Below, one piece after another: positions 36,369 to 51,300 of a DNA stretch of 64,000 bases. The stretch lies in the NCBI RefSeq assembly GCF_009914755.1, contig NC_060929.1, one strand, 5' to 3'. Each line of letters opens with the position of its first letter. Position 1 is the first letter of the stretch. The notes beneath the pieces were generated by a model that saw only the letters and a list, made by a program, of their open reading frames with translations, had not been told where the DNA came from and searched no databases. The DNA comes from the human T2T-CHM13v2.0 reference genome, Homo sapiens. Made by a program: the position numbers and the translations under genes.

Positions 36369-39300
36369 ATAGGAAATTTCAAGCGCTTTGAGGCCAAAGG
36401 CAGAAGAGGAAATATCTTCGTATAAAAACAAGTCAGAATCATTCTCAGAAACTGCTTAATCATGTGTGCGTTCGACTCACGGAGTTTAACCTACCTTTTC
36501 ATACAGCAGTTTGGAAACACTCTGTTTGTAAAGTCTGCACGTGGATATTTGGACATCTTTGAGGCCTTCGTTGGAAACGGGTTTTATTCATGTAAGGCTA
36601 GACAGAAGATTTCTCAGTAACTTCTTTGTGTTGTGTGTATTCAACTGACAGAGTTGACCCTTCTTTTAGGTAGAGCAGATTTGAGACACTCTTTTTGTGG
36701 AATTTGCAAGTGCAGATTTCAGACGCTTTGAGGTCAATGGTAGAAAAGGACATTTCTTCGTATAAAATCTTGACAGAATGATTCTCAGAAACTGCTTTGT
36801 GATGTATGCGTTCAATTCAAAGAGTTCTACCTTTCTTTTCATAGAGCACTTAGGAAACACTCTGTTTGTTAAGACTGCAAGTGGATATTCGGACCTCTAT
36901 GAGGCCTTCTTTGGAAAAGGGATTTCTTCATATAATGCTAGACAGAGGAATTCTTCGTAACTTCTTTGTATTGTGTGTATTCAACTCACAGAGTTGAACC
37001 TTCTTTTAGATAGAGCAGATTTGAAACACACTTTTTGTGGAATTTCCAATTGGAGATTTCAAGCGCTTCGGGGCCAATGGTAGAAAAGGAAAAATCTTCA
37101 CATAAAAACTAGACAAACTCATTCCCAGAACCGGTGTAGTGATGTGTATGTTTAACTCACAGAGTTTATCCTTTCTTTTCATAGAGCTGTTGGGAAACAC
37201 TCTGTTTGAAAAGTCTGCATGTGGATATTTGGACCGCCATGAGGCGTTCTTTGGAAATGGTATTTCTTCATTTAAGGCTACACAGAAGAATTCTCAGTAA
37301 CTTCCTTGTGTTGTGTGTATTCAGCTCACAGAGTTGAACCTTCTTTTAGATAGAGCAGATTTGAAAGACACTTTTTGGGGAATTTGCAAGTGGGGATTTC
37401 AAGCGCTTTGAGGCCAACGGTAGAAAAGGAAATATCTTCGAATAAAAAGTAGACAGAATCATTCCCAGAAACTGCGTTTTGATGTGTGCGTTCACCTAAC
37501 AGAGTTTAACCTTCCTTTTCATAGAGCAGTTGGGAAACGCTATGTTTGTAAAGTCTGCAAGTGGATATTGGGAACTCTTTGAGGCCTTCATTGGGAATGG
37601 GGTTTCTTCATATAATGCTAGACAGAAGATTTCCCAGTAACTTCTTCCTGTTGTGTGTATTCAACTGACAACAGATGAACCTTCCTTTAGAGAGAGCAGA
37701 TTTGAAACACTCTTTTTGTGGAATTTGCAAGTGGAGATTTCAGCCGCTTTAACGTCAATGGTAGAAAAGGAAATATCTTCGCATAAAAACAAGACAGAAT
37801 CATTTTCAGAAACTGCTTTGTGATGTGTGCATTCAACTCACAGAGTTTAACCTTTCTTTTCCTAGAGCCGTTTGGAAACACACAGTTTGTCAAATCTGTA
37901 AGTCGATATTCGGACCTATTTGAGGCCTTCGTTGGAAACGGGATTTCTTCATATAATGCTAGAAAGAAGAATTCTCAGTAACTTCCTTGTGTTGTGTGTA
38001 ATCAACTCACAGAATAGAACGTTCCTTTAGATAGAGCAGATTTGAAACACTCTTTTTGTGGAAGTTGCACGTCGAGATTTCAAGCGCTTTGTGGCCAGTG
38101 GTAGAAAATGAAATATCTTCGTATAAAAAGTACACAGAATCATTCTCAGAAACTACTTTCTGATGTGTGCGTTCAACTCTCGGAGTTTAAACTTTCTTTT
38201 CATAGAGCAGTTTGTAAACAGTGTGTTTGTAAAGTCTGCAAGTGGATATTCGGACCTCTTTGGCGCCTTAATTTGAAACGGGGTTTCTCCCTATAATGCT
38301 AGACAGAAGAATTCTCAATAACTTGTTTGTGTTGTGTGTGTTCAACTCACAGAGTTGAACCTTCCTTTAGACAGAGCAGATTTGAAACACTCTTTTTGTG
38401 GAATTTGCAAGTGGAGATTTCAAGCGCTTTGAGGCCAAAGGCAGAAAAGGAAATATCTTCGTATAAAAACTAGATAGATCATTCTCAGAAACTGCTTTGT
38501 GATGTGTGCGTTCAACTCACAGAGTTTCACTTATCTTTTCGTACAGCAGTTTGGAAACACTCTGTTTGTAATGTCTGCAAGTGGATATTTTGACCTCTTT
38601 GAGGTCTTCGTTGGAAACGGGTTTTATTCATGTAAGGCTAGACAGAAGAATTCTCAGTAACTTCTTTGTATTGTGTGTATTCCACTGACAGAGTTGACCC
38701 TTCCTTTAGACAGAGCACATTTGAACCACTCTTTTTGTGGAATTTGCAAGTGGAGATTTCAGACGCATTGAGGACAATGGTAGAAAAGGAAATATCTTCG
38801 TATAAAAACTAGACAGAATGATTCTCAGAACCTGCTTCGTGATGTGTGTGTTCAGTTCAAAGAGTTTTACCTTTCTTTTCATAGAGCAGTTAGGAAACAC
38901 TCTGTTTGAACAGTCTGAAAGTGGATATTCCGATCTCTTTGAGGCCTTCGTTGGAAAAGGGATTTCTTCATATAATGCTAGACAGAGGAATTCTCAGTAA
39001 CTTCTCTGTGTTGTGTGTATTCAAATCACAGAGTTGAACGTTCCTTTAGACAGAGCAGACTTGAAACACTCTTTTTGTGGAATTTGCAATAGGAAATTTC
39101 AAGCGCTTTGAGGCCAAAGGCAGAAGAGGAAATATCTTCGTATAAAAACAAGTCAGAATCATTCTCAGAAACGGCTTAATCATGTGTGCGTTCGACTCAC
39201 GGAGTTTAACCTACCTTTTCATACAGCAGTTTGGAAACACTCTGTTTGTAAAGTCTGCACGTGGATATTTGGACATCTTTGAGGCCTTCGTTGGAAACGG

Positions 39301-42300
39301 GTTTTATTCATGTAAGGCTAGACAGAAGATTTCTCAGTAACTTCTTTGTGTTGTGTGTATTCAACTGACAGAGTTGACCCTTCTTTTAGGTAGAGCAGAT
39401 TTGAGACACTCTTTTTGTGGAATTTGCAAGTGGAGATTTCAGACGCTTTGAGGTCAATGGTAGAAAAGGACATTTCTTCGTATAAAATCTTGACAGAATG
39501 ATTCTCAGAAACTGCTTTGTGATGTATGCGTTCAATTCAAAGAGTTCTACCTCTCTTTTCATAGAGCACTTAGGAAACACTCTGTTTGTAAAGACTGCAA
39601 GTGGATATTCGGACCTCTATGAGGCCTTCTTTGGAAAAGGGATTTCTTCATATAATGCTAGACAGAGGAATTCTTCGTAACTTCTTTGTATTGTGTGTAT
39701 TCAACTCACAGAGTTGAACCTTCTTTTAGATAGAGCAGATTTGAAACACACTTTTTGTGGAATTTCCAATTGGAGATTTCAAGCGCTTCGGGGCCAATGG
39801 CAGAAAAGGAAAAATCTTCACATAAAAACTAGACAAACTCATTCCCAGAATCGGTGTAGTGATGTGTATGTTTAACTCACAGAGTTTATCCTTTCTTTTC
39901 ATAGAGCAGTTGGGAAACACTCTGTTTGAAAAGTCTGCATGTGGATATTTGGACCGCCATGAGGCGTTCTTTGGAAATGGTATTTCTTCATTTAAGGCTA
40001 CACAGAAGAATTCTCAGTAACTTCCTTGTGTTGTGTGTATTCAGCTCACAGAGTTGAACCTTCTTTTAGATAGAGCAGATTTGAAAGACACTTTTTGGGG
40101 AATTTGCAAGTGGGGATTTCAAGCGCTTTGAGGCCAACGGTAGAAAAGGAAATATCTTCGAATAAAAAGTAGACAGAATCATTCCCAGAAACTGCGTTTT
40201 GATGTGTGCGTTCACCTAACAGAGTTTAACCTTCCTTTTCATAGAGCAGTTGGGAAACGCTATGTTTGTAAAGTCTGCAAGTGGATATTGGGAACTCTTT
40301 GAGGCCTTCATTGGGAATGGGGTTTCTTCATATAATGCTAGACCGAAGATTTCCCAGTAACTTCTTCCTGTTGTGTGTATTCAACTGACAACAGATGAAC
40401 CTTCCTTTAGAGAGAGCAGATTTGTAACACTCTTTTTGTGGAATTTGCAAGTGGAGATTTCAGCCGCTTTAACGTCAATGGTAGAAAAGGAAATATCTTC
40501 GCATAAAAACAAGACAGAATCATTTTCAGAAACTGCTTTGTGATGTGTGCATTCAACTCACAGAGTTTAACCTTTGTTTTCCTAGAGCCGTTTGGAAACA
40601 CACAGTTTGTCAAATCTGTAAGTCGATATTCGGACCTATTTGAGGCCTTCGTTGGAAACGGGATTTCTTCATATAATGCTAGAAAGAAGAATTCTCAGTA
40701 ACTTCCTTGTGTTGTGTGTAATCAACTCACAGAATAGAACGTTCCTTTAGATAGAGCAGATTTGAAACACTCTTTTTGTGGAAGTTGCACGTGGAGATTT
40801 CAAGCGCTTTGTGGCCAGTGGTAGAAAATGAAATATCTTCGTATAAAAAGTACACAGAATCATTCTCAGAAACTACTTTCTGATGTGTGCGTTCAACTCT
40901 CGGAGTTTAAACTTCCTTTTCATAGAGCAGTTTGGAAACAGTGTGTTTGTAAAGTCTGCAAGTGGATATTCGGACCTCTTTGGCGCCTTATTTTGAAACG
41001 GGGTTTCTCCATGTAATGCTAGACAGAAGAATTCTCAGTAACTTGTTTGTGTTGTGTGTGTTCAACTCACAGAGTTGAACCTTCCTTTAGACAGAGCAGA
41101 TTTGAAACACTCTTTTTGTGGAATTTGCAAGTGGAGATTTCAAGCGCTTTGAGGCCAAAGGCAGAAAAGGAAATATCTTCGTATAAAAACTAGATAGATC
41201 ATTCTCAGAAACTGCTTTGTGATGTGTGCGTTCAACTCACAGAGTTTCACTTATCTTTTCGTACAGCAGTTTGGAAACACTCTGTTTGTGATGTCTGCAA
41301 GTGGATATTTTGACCTCTTTGAGGTCTTCGTTGGAAACGGGTTTTATTCATGTAAGGCTAGACAGAAGAATTCTCAGTAACTTCTTTGTATTGTGTGTAT
41401 TCCACTGACAGAGTTGACCCTTCCTTTAGACAGAGCACATTTGAACCACTCTTTTTGTGGAATTTGTAAGTGGAGATTTCAGACGCATTGAGGTCAATGG
41501 TAGAAAAGGAAATATCTTCGTATAAAAACTAGACAGAATGATTCTCAGAACCTGCTTCGTGATGTGTGTGTTCAGTTCAAAGAGTTTTACCTTTCTTTTC
41601 ATAGAGCAGTTAGGAAACACTCTGTTTGAACAGTCTGAAAGTGGATATTCCGATCTCTTTGAGGCCTTCGTTGGAAAAGGGATTTCTTCATATAATGCTA
41701 GACAGAGGAATTCTCAGTAACTTCTCTGTGTTGTGTGTATTCAAATCACAGAGTTGAACGTTCCTTTAGACAGAGCAGACTTGAAACACTCTTTTTTGTG
41801 GAATTTGCAATAGGAAATTTCAAGCGCTTTGAGGCCAAAGGCAGAAGAGGAAATATCTTCGTATAAAAACAAGTCAGAATCATTCTCAGAAACTGCTTAA
41901 TCATGTGTGCGTTCGAATCACGGAGTTTAACCTACCTTTTCATACAGCAGTTTGGAAACACTCTGTTTGTAAAGTCTGCACGTGGATATTTGGACATCTT
42001 TGAGGCCTTCGTTGGAAACGGGTTTTATTCATGTAAGGCTAGACAGAAGATTTCTCAGTAACTTCTTTGTGTTGTGTGTATTCAACTGACAGAGTTGACC
42101 CTTCTTTTATGTAGAGCAGATTTGAGACACTCTTTTTGTGGAATTTGCAAGTGGAGATTTCAGACGCTTTGAGGTCAATGGTAGAAAAGGACATTTCTTC
42201 GTATAAAAACTTGACAGAATGATTCTCAGAAACTGCTTTGTGATGTATGCGTTCAATTCAAAGAGTTCTACCTTTCTTTTCATAGAGCACTTAGGAAACA

Positions 42301-45300
42301 CTCTATTTGTTAAGACTGCAAGTGGATATTCGGACCTCTATGAGGCCTTCTTTGGAAAAGGGATTTCTTCATATAATGCTAGACAGAGGAATTCTTCGTA
42401 ACTTCTTTGTATTGTGTGTATTCAACTCACAGAGTTGAACCTTCTTTTAGATAGAGCAGATTTGAAACACACTTTTTGTGGAATTTCCAATTGGAGATTT
42501 CAAGCGCTTTGGGGCCAATGGTAGAAAAGGAAAAATCTTCACATAAAAACTAGACAAACTCATTCCCAGAACCGGTGTAGTGATGTGTATGTTTAACTCA
42601 CAGAGTTTATCCTTTCTTTTCATAGAGCAGTTGGGAAACACTCTGTTTGAAAAGTCTGCATGTGGATATTTGGACCGCCATGAGGCGTTCTTTGGAAATG
42701 GTGTTTCTTCATTTAAGGCTACACAGAAGAATTCTCAGTAACTTCCTTGTGTTGTGTGTATTCAGCTCACAGAGTTGAACCTTCTTTTAGATAGAGCAGA
42801 TTTGAAAGACACTTTTTGGGGAATTTGCAAGTGGGGATTTCAAGCGCTTTGAGGCCAACGGTAGAAAAGGAAATATCTTCGAATAAAAAGTAGACAGAAT
42901 CATTCCCAGAAACTGCGTTTTGATGTGTGCGTTCACCTAACAGAGTTTAACCTTCCTTTTCATAGAGCAGTAGGGAAACGCTATGTTTGTAAAGTCTGCA
43001 AGTGGATATTGGGAACTCTTTGAGGCCTTCATTGGGAATGGGGTTTCTTCATATAATGCTAGACAGAAGATTTCCCAGTAACTTCTTCCTGTTGTGTGTA
43101 TTCAACTGACAACAGATGAACCTTCCTTTAGAGAGAGCAGATTTGAAACACTCTTTTTGTGGAATTTGCAAGTGGAGATTTCATCCGCTTTAACGTCAAT
43201 GGTAGAAAAGGAAATATCTTCGCATAAAAACAAGACAGAATCATTTTCAGAAACTGCTTTGTGATGTGTGCATTCAACTCACAGAGTTTAACCTTTGTTT
43301 TCCTAGAGCCGTTTGGAAACACACAGTTTGTCAAATCTGTAAGTCGATATTCGGACCTATTTGAGGCCTTCGTTGGAAACGGGATTTCTTCATATAATGC
43401 TAGAAAGAAGAATTCTCAGTAACTTCCTTGTGTTGTGTGTAATCAACTCACAGAATAGAACGTTCCTTTAGATAGAGCAGATTTGAAACACTCTTTTTGT
43501 GGAAGTTGCACGTCGAGATTTCAAGCGCTTTGTGGCCAGTGGTAGAAAATGAAATATCTTCGTATAAAAAGTACACAGAATCATTCTCAGAAACTACTTT
43601 CTGATGTGTGCGTTCAACTCTCGGAGTTTAAACTTTCTTTTCATAGAGCAGTTTGTAAACAGTGTGTTTGTAAAGTCTGCAAGTGGATATTCGGACCTCT
43701 TTGGCGCCTTAATTTGAAACGGGGTTTCTCCCTATAATGCTAGACAGAAGAATTCTCAATAACTTGTTTGTGTTGTGTGTGTTCAACTCACAGAGTTGAA
43801 CCTTCCTTTAGACAGAGCAGATTTGAAACACTCTTTTTGTGGAATTTGCAAGTGGAGATTTCAAGCGCTTTGAGGCCAAAGGCAGAAAAGGAAATATCTT
43901 CGTATAAAAACTAGATAGATCATTCTCAGAAACTGCTTTGTGATGTGTGCGTTCAACTCACAGAGTTTCACTTATCTTTTCGTACAGCAGTTTGGAAACA
44001 CTCTGTTTGTAATGTCTGCAAGTGGATATTTTGACCTCTTTGAGGTCTTCGTTGGAAACGGGTTTTATTCATGTAAGGCTAGACAGAAGAATTCTCAGTA
44101 ACTTCTTTGTATTGTGTGTATTCCACTGACAGAGTTGACCCTTCCTTTAGACAGAGCACATTTGAACCACTCTTTTTGTGGAATTTGCAAGTGGAGATTT
44201 CAGACGCATTGAGGTCAATGGTAGAAAAGGAAATATCTTCGTATAAAAACTAGACAGAATGATTCTCAGAACCTGCTTCGTGATGTGTGTGTTCAGTTCA
44301 AAGAGTTTTACCTTTCTTTTCATAGAGCAGTTAGGAAACACTCTGTTTGAACAGTCTGAAAGTGGATATTCCGATCTCTTTGAGGCCTTCGTTGGAAAAG
44401 GGATTTCTTCATATAATGCTAGACAGAGGAATTCTCAGTAACTTCTCTGTGTTGTGTGTATTCAAATCACAGACTTGAACGTTCCTTTAGACAGAGCAGA
44501 CTTGAAACACTCTTTTTGTGGAATTTGCAATAGCAAATTTCAAGCGCTTTGAGGCCAAAGGCAGAAGAGGAAATATCTTCGTATAAAAACAAGTCAGAAT
44601 CATTCTCAGAAACTGCTTAATCATGTGTGCGTTCAACTCACGAAGTTTAACCTACCTTTTCTTACAGCAGTTTGGAAACACTCTGTTTGTAAAATCTGCA
44701 CGTGGATATTTGGACATCTTTGAGGCCTTCGTTGGAAACGGGTTTTATTCATGTAAGGCTAGACAGAAGATTTCTCAGTAACTTCTTTGTGTTGTGTGTA
44801 TTCAACTGACAGAGTTGACCCTTCTTTTAGGTAGAGCAGATTTGAGACACTCTTTTTGTGGAATTTGCAAGTGGAGATTTCACACGCTTTGAGGTCAATG
44901 GTAGAAAAGGAAATATCTTCATATAAAAACTAGACAGAATGATTCTCAGAACCTGCTTCGTGATGTGTGTGTTCAGTTCAAAGAGTTTTACCTTTCTTTT
45001 CATAGAGCAGTTAGGAAACACTCTGTTTGAACAGTCTGAATGTGGATATTCCGATCTCTTTGAGGCCTTCGTTGGAAAAGGGATTTCTTCATATAATGCT
45101 AGACAGAGGAATTCTTCGTAACTTCTTTGTATTGTGTGTATTCAACTCACAGAGTTGAACCTTCTTTTAGATAGAGCAGATTTGAAACACACTTTTTGTG
45201 GAATTTCCAATTGGAGATTTCAAGTGCTTCGGGGCCAATGGTAGAAAAGGAAAAATCTTCACATAAAAACTAGACAAACTCATTCCCAGAACCGGTGTAG

Positions 45301-48300
45301 TGATGTGTATGTTTAACTCACAGAGTTTATCCTTTCTTTTCATAGAGCAGTTGGGAAACACTCTGTTTGAAAAGTCTGCATGTGGATATTTGGACCGCCA
45401 TGAGGCGTTCTTTGGAAATGGTATTTCTTCATTTAAGGCTACACAGAAGAATTCTCAGTAACTTCCTTGTGTTGTGTGTATTCAGCTCACAGAGTTGAAC
45501 CTTCTTTTAGATAGAGCAGATTTGAAAGACACTTTTTGGGGAATTTGCAAGTGGGGATTTCAAGCGCTTTGAGGCCAACGGTAGAAAAGGAAATATCTTC
45601 GAATAAAAAGTAGACAGAATCATTCCCAGAAACTGCGTTTTGATGTGTGCGTTCACCTAACAGAGTTTAACCTTCCTTTTCATAGAGCAGTTGGGAAACG
45701 CTATGTTTGTAAAGTCTGCAAGTGGATATTGGGAACTCTTTGAGGCCTTCATTGGGAATGGGGTTTCTTCATATAATGCTAGACAGAAGATTTCCCAGTA
45801 ACTTCTTCCTGTTGTGTGTATTCAACTGACAACAGATGAACCTTCCTTTAGAGAGAGCAGATTTGAAACACTCTTTTTGTGGAATTTGCAAGTGGAGATT
45901 TCAGCCGCTTTAACGTCAATGGTAGAAAAGGAAATATCTTCGCAGAAAAACAAGACAGAATCATTTTCAGAAACTGCTTTGTGATGTGTGCATTCAACTC
46001 ACAGAGTTTAACCTTTGTTTTCCTAGAGCCGTTTGGAAACACACAGTTTGTCAAATCTGTAAGTCGATATTCGGACCTATTTGAGGCCTTCGTTGGAAAC
46101 GGGATTTCTTCATATAATGCTAGAAAGAAGAATTCTCAGTAACTTCCTTGTGTTGTGTGTAATCAACTCACAGAATAGAACGTTCCTTTAGATAGAGCAG
46201 ATTTGAAACACTCTTTTTGTGGAAGTTGCACGTGGAGATTTCAAGCGCTTTGTGGCCAGTGGAAGAAAATGAAATATCTTCGTATAAAAATTACACAGAA
46301 TCATTCTCAGAAACTACTTTCTGATGTGTGCGTTCAACTCTCGGAGGTTAAACTTTCTTTTCATAGAGCAGTGTGGAAACAGTGTGTTTGTAAAGTCTGC
46401 AAGTGGATATTCGGACCTCTTTGGCGCCTTATTTTGAAACGGGGTTTCTCCATATAATGCTAGACAGAAGAATTCTCGGTAACTTGTTTGTGTTGTGTGT
46501 GTTCAACTCACAGAGTTGAACCTTCCTTTAGACAGAGCAGATTTGAAACACTCTTTTTGTGGAATTTGCAAGTGGAGATTTCAAGCGCTTTGAGGCCAAA
46601 GGCAGAAAAGGAAATATCTTCGTATAAAAACTAGATAGATCATTCTCAGAAACTGCTTTGTGATGTGTGCGTTCAACTCACAGAGTTTCACTTAACTTTT
46701 CGTACAGCAGTTTGGAAACACTCTGTTTGTAATGTCTGCAAGTGGATATTTTGACCTCTTTGAGGTCTTCGTTGGAAACGGGTTTTATTCATGTAAGGCT
46801 AGACAGAAGAATTCTCAGTAACTTCTTTGTATTGTGTGTATTCCACTGACAGAGTTGACCCTTCCTTTAGACAGAGCACATTTGAACCACTCTTTTTGTG
46901 GAATTTGCAAGTGGAGATTTCAGACGCATTGAGGTCAATGGTAGAAAAGGAAATATCTTCATATAAAAACTAGACAGAATGATTCTCAGAACCTGTTTCG
47001 TGATGTGTGTGTTCAGTTCAAAGAGTTTTACCTTTCTTTTCATAGAGCAGTTAGGAAACACTCTGTTTGAACAGTCTGAAAGTGGATATTCCGATCTCTT
47101 TGAGGCCTTCGTTGGAAAAGGGATTTCTTCATATAATGCTAGACAGAGGAATTCTCAGTAACTTCTCTGTGTTGTGTGTATTCAAATCACAGAGTTGAAC
47201 GTTCCTTTAGACAGAGCAGACTTGAAACACTCTTTTTTGTGGAATTTGCAATAGGAAATTTCAAGCGCTTTGAGGCCAAAGGCAGAAGAGGAAATATCTT
47301 CGTATAAAAACAAGTCAGAATCATTCTCAGAAACTGCTTAATAATGTGTGCGTTCGAATCACGGAGTTTAACCTACCTTTTCATACAGCAGTTTGGAAAC
47401 ACTCTGTTTGTAAAGTCTGCACGTGGATATTTGGACATCTTTGAGGCCTTCGTTGGAAACGGGTTTTATTCATGTAAGGCTAGACAGAAGATTTCTCAGT
47501 AACTTCTTTGTGTTGTGTGTATTCAACTGACAGAGTTGACCCTTCTTTTAGGTAGAGCAGATTTGAGACACTCTTTTTGTGGAATTTGCAAGTGGAGATT
47601 TCAGACGCTTTGAGGTCAATGGTAGAAAAGGAAATTTCTTCGTATAAAATCTTGACAGAATGATTCTCAGAAACTGCTTTGTGATGTATGCGTTCAATTC
47701 AAAGAGTTCTACCTTTCTTTTCATAGAGCACTTAGGAAACACTCTGTTTGTAAAGACTGCAAGTGGATATTCGGACCTCTATGAGGCCTTCTTTGGAAAA
47801 GGGATTTCTTCATATAATGCTAGACAGAGGAATTCTTCGTAACTTCTTTGTATTGTGTGTATTCAACTCACAGAGTTGAACCTTCTTTTAGATAGAGCAG
47901 ATTTGAAACACACTTTTTGTGGAATTTCCAATTGGAGATTTCAAGCGCTTCGGGGCCAATGGTGGAAAAGGAAAAATCTTCACATAAAAACTAGACAAAC
48001 TCATTCCCAGAAACTGTGTAGTGATGTGTATGTTTAACTCGCAGAGTTTATCCTTTCTTTTCATAGAGCAGTTGGGAAACACTCTGTTTGAAAAGTCTGC
48101 ATGTGGATATTTGGACCGCCATGAGGCGTTCTTTGGAAATGGTATTTCTTCATTTAAGGCTACACAGAAGAATTCTCAGTAACTTCCTTGTGTTGTGTGT
48201 ATTCAGCTCACAGAGTTGAACCTTCTTTTAGATAGAGCAGATTTGAAAGACACTTTTTGGGGAATTTGCAAGTGGGGATTTCAAGCGCTTTGAGGCCAAC

Positions 48301-51300
48301 GGTAGAAAAGGAAATATCTTCGAATAAAAAGTAGACAGAATCATTCCCAGAAACTGCGTTTTGATGTGTGCGTTCACCTAACAGAGTTTAACCTTCCTTT
48401 TCATAGAGCAGTTGGGAAACGCTATGTTTGTAAAGTCTGCAAGTGGATATTGGGAACTCTTTGAGGCCTTCATTGGGAATGGGGTTTCTTCATATAATGC
48501 TAGACAGAAGATTTCCCAGTAACTTCTTCCTGTTGTGTGTATTCAACTGACAACAGATGAACCTTCCTTTAGAGAGAGCAGATTTGAAACACTCTTTTTG
48601 TGGAATTTGCAAGTGGAGATTTCAGCCGCTTTAACGTCAATGGTAGAAAAGGAAATATCTTCGCATAAAAACAAGACAGAATCATTTTCAGAAACTGCTT
48701 TGTGATGTGTGCATTCAACTCACAGAGTTTAACCTTTGTTTTCCTAGAGCCGTTTGGAAACACACAGTTTGTCAAATCTGTAAGTCGATATTCGGACCTA
48801 TTTGAGGCCTTCGTTGGAAACGGGATTTCTTCATATAATGCTAGAAAGAAGAATTCTCAGTAACTTCCTTGTGTTGTGTGTAATCAACTCACAGAATAGA
48901 ACGTTCCTTTAGATAGAGCAGATTTGAAACACTCTTTTTGTGGAAGTTGCACGTGGAGATTTCAAGCGCTTTGTGGCCAGTGGTAGAAAATGAAATATCT
49001 TCGTATAAAAAGTACACAGAATCATTCTCAGAAACTACTTTCTGATGTGTGCGTTCAACTCTCGGAGTTTAAACTTTCTTTTCATAGAGCAGTTTGGAAA
49101 CAGTGTGTTTGTAAAGTCTGCAAGGGGATATTCGGACCTCTTTGGCGCGTTATTTTGAAACGGGGTTTCTCCATATAATGCTAGACAGAAGAATTGTCAG
49201 TAACTTGTTTGTGTTGTGTGTGTTCAACTCACTGAGTTGAACCTTCCTTTAGACAGAGCAGATTTGAAACACTCTTTTTGTGGAATTTGCAAGTGGAGAT
49301 TTCAAGCGCTTTGAGGCCAAAGGCAGAAAAGGAAATATCTTCGTATAGAAACTAGATAGATCATTCTCAGAAACTGCTTTGTGATGTGTGCGTTCAACTC
49401 ACAGAGTTTCACTTATCTTTTCGTACAGCAGTTTGGAAACACTCTGTTTGTAATGTCTGCAAGTGGATATTTTGACCTCTTTGAGGTCTTCGTTGGAAAT
49501 GGGTTTTATTCATGTAAGGCTAGACAGAAGAATTCTCAGTAACTTCTTTGTATTGTGTGTATTCCACTGACAGAGTTGACCCTTCCTTTAGACAGAGCAC
49601 ATTTGAACCACTCTTTTTGTGGAATTTGCAAGTGGAGATTTCAGACGCATTGAGGTCAATGGTAGAAAAGGAAATATCTTCGTATAAAAACTAGACAGAA
49701 TGATTCTCAGAACCTGCTTCGTGATGTGTGTGTTCAGTTCAAAGAGTTTTACCTTTCTTTTCATAGAGCAGTTAGGAAACACTCTGTTTGAACAGTCTGA
49801 AAGTGGATATTCCGATCTCTTTGAGGCCTTCGTTGGAAAAGGGATTTCTTCATATAATGCTAGACAGAGGAATTCTCAGTAACTTCTCTGTGTTGTGTGT
49901 ATTCAAATCACAGAGTTGAACGTTCCTTTAGACAGAGCAGACTTGAAACACTCTTTTTGTGGAATTTGCAATAGGAAATTTCAAGCGCTTTGAGGCCAAA
50001 GGCAGAAGAGGAAATATCTTCGTATAAAAACAAGTCAGAATCATTCTCAGAAACTGCTTAATCATGTGTGCGTTCGACTCACGGAGTTTAACCTACCTTT
50101 TCATAAAGCAGTTTGGAAACACTCTGTTTGTAAAGTCTGTACGTGGATATTTGGACATCTTTGAGGCCTTCGTTGGAAACGGGTTTTATTCATGTAAGGC
50201 TAGACAGAAGATTTCTCAGTAACTTGTTTGTGTTGTGTGTATTCAACTGACAGAGTTGACCCTTCTTTTAGGTAGAGCAGATTTGACACACTCTTTTTGT
50301 GGAATTTGCAAGTGCAGATTTCAGACGCTTTGAGGTCAATGGTAGAAAAGGACATTTCTTCGTATAAAAACTTGACAGAATGATTCTCAGAAACTGCTTT
50401 GTGATGTATGCGTTCAATTCAAAGAGTTCTACCTTTCTTTTCATAGAGCACTTAGGAAACACTCTGTTTGTAAAGACTGCAAGTGGATATTCGGACCTCT
50501 ATGACGCCTTCTTTGGAAAAGGGTTTTCTTCATATAATGCTAGACAGAGGAATTCTTCGTAACTTCTTTGTATTGTGTGTATTCAACTCACAGAGTTGAA
50601 CCTTCTTTTAGATAGAGCAGATTTGAAACACACTTTTTGTGGAATTTCCAATTGGAGATTTCAAGCGCTTCGGGGCCAATGGTGGAAAAGGAAAAATCTT
50701 CACATAAAAACTAGACAAACTCATTCCCAGAAACTGTGTAGTGATGTGTATGTTTAACTCGCAGAGTTTATCCTTTCTTTTCATAGAGCAGTTGGGAAAC
50801 ACTCTGTTTGAAAAGTCTGCATGTGGATATTTGGACCGCCATGAGGCGTTCTTTGGAAATGGTATTTCTTCATTTAAGGCTACACAGAAGAATTCTCAGT
50901 AACTTCCTTGTGTTGTGTGTATTCAGCTCACAGAGTTGAACCTTCTTTTAGATAGAGCAGATTTGAAAGACACTTTTTGGGAAATTTGCAAGTGGGGATT
51001 TCAAGCGCTTTGAGGCCAACGGTAGAAAAGGAAATATCTTCGAATAAAAAGTAGACAGAATCATTCCCAGAAACTGTGTTTTGATGTGTGCGTTCACCTA
51101 ACAGAGTTTAACCTTCCTTTTCATAGAGCAGTTGGGAAACGCTATGTTTGTAAAGTCTGCAAGTGGATATTGGGAACTCTTTGAGGCCTTCATTGGGAAT
51201 GGGGTTTCTTCATATAATGCTAGACAGAAGATTTCCCAGTAACTTCTTCCTGTTGTGTGTATTCAACTGACAACAGATGAACCTTCCTTTAGAGAGAGCA

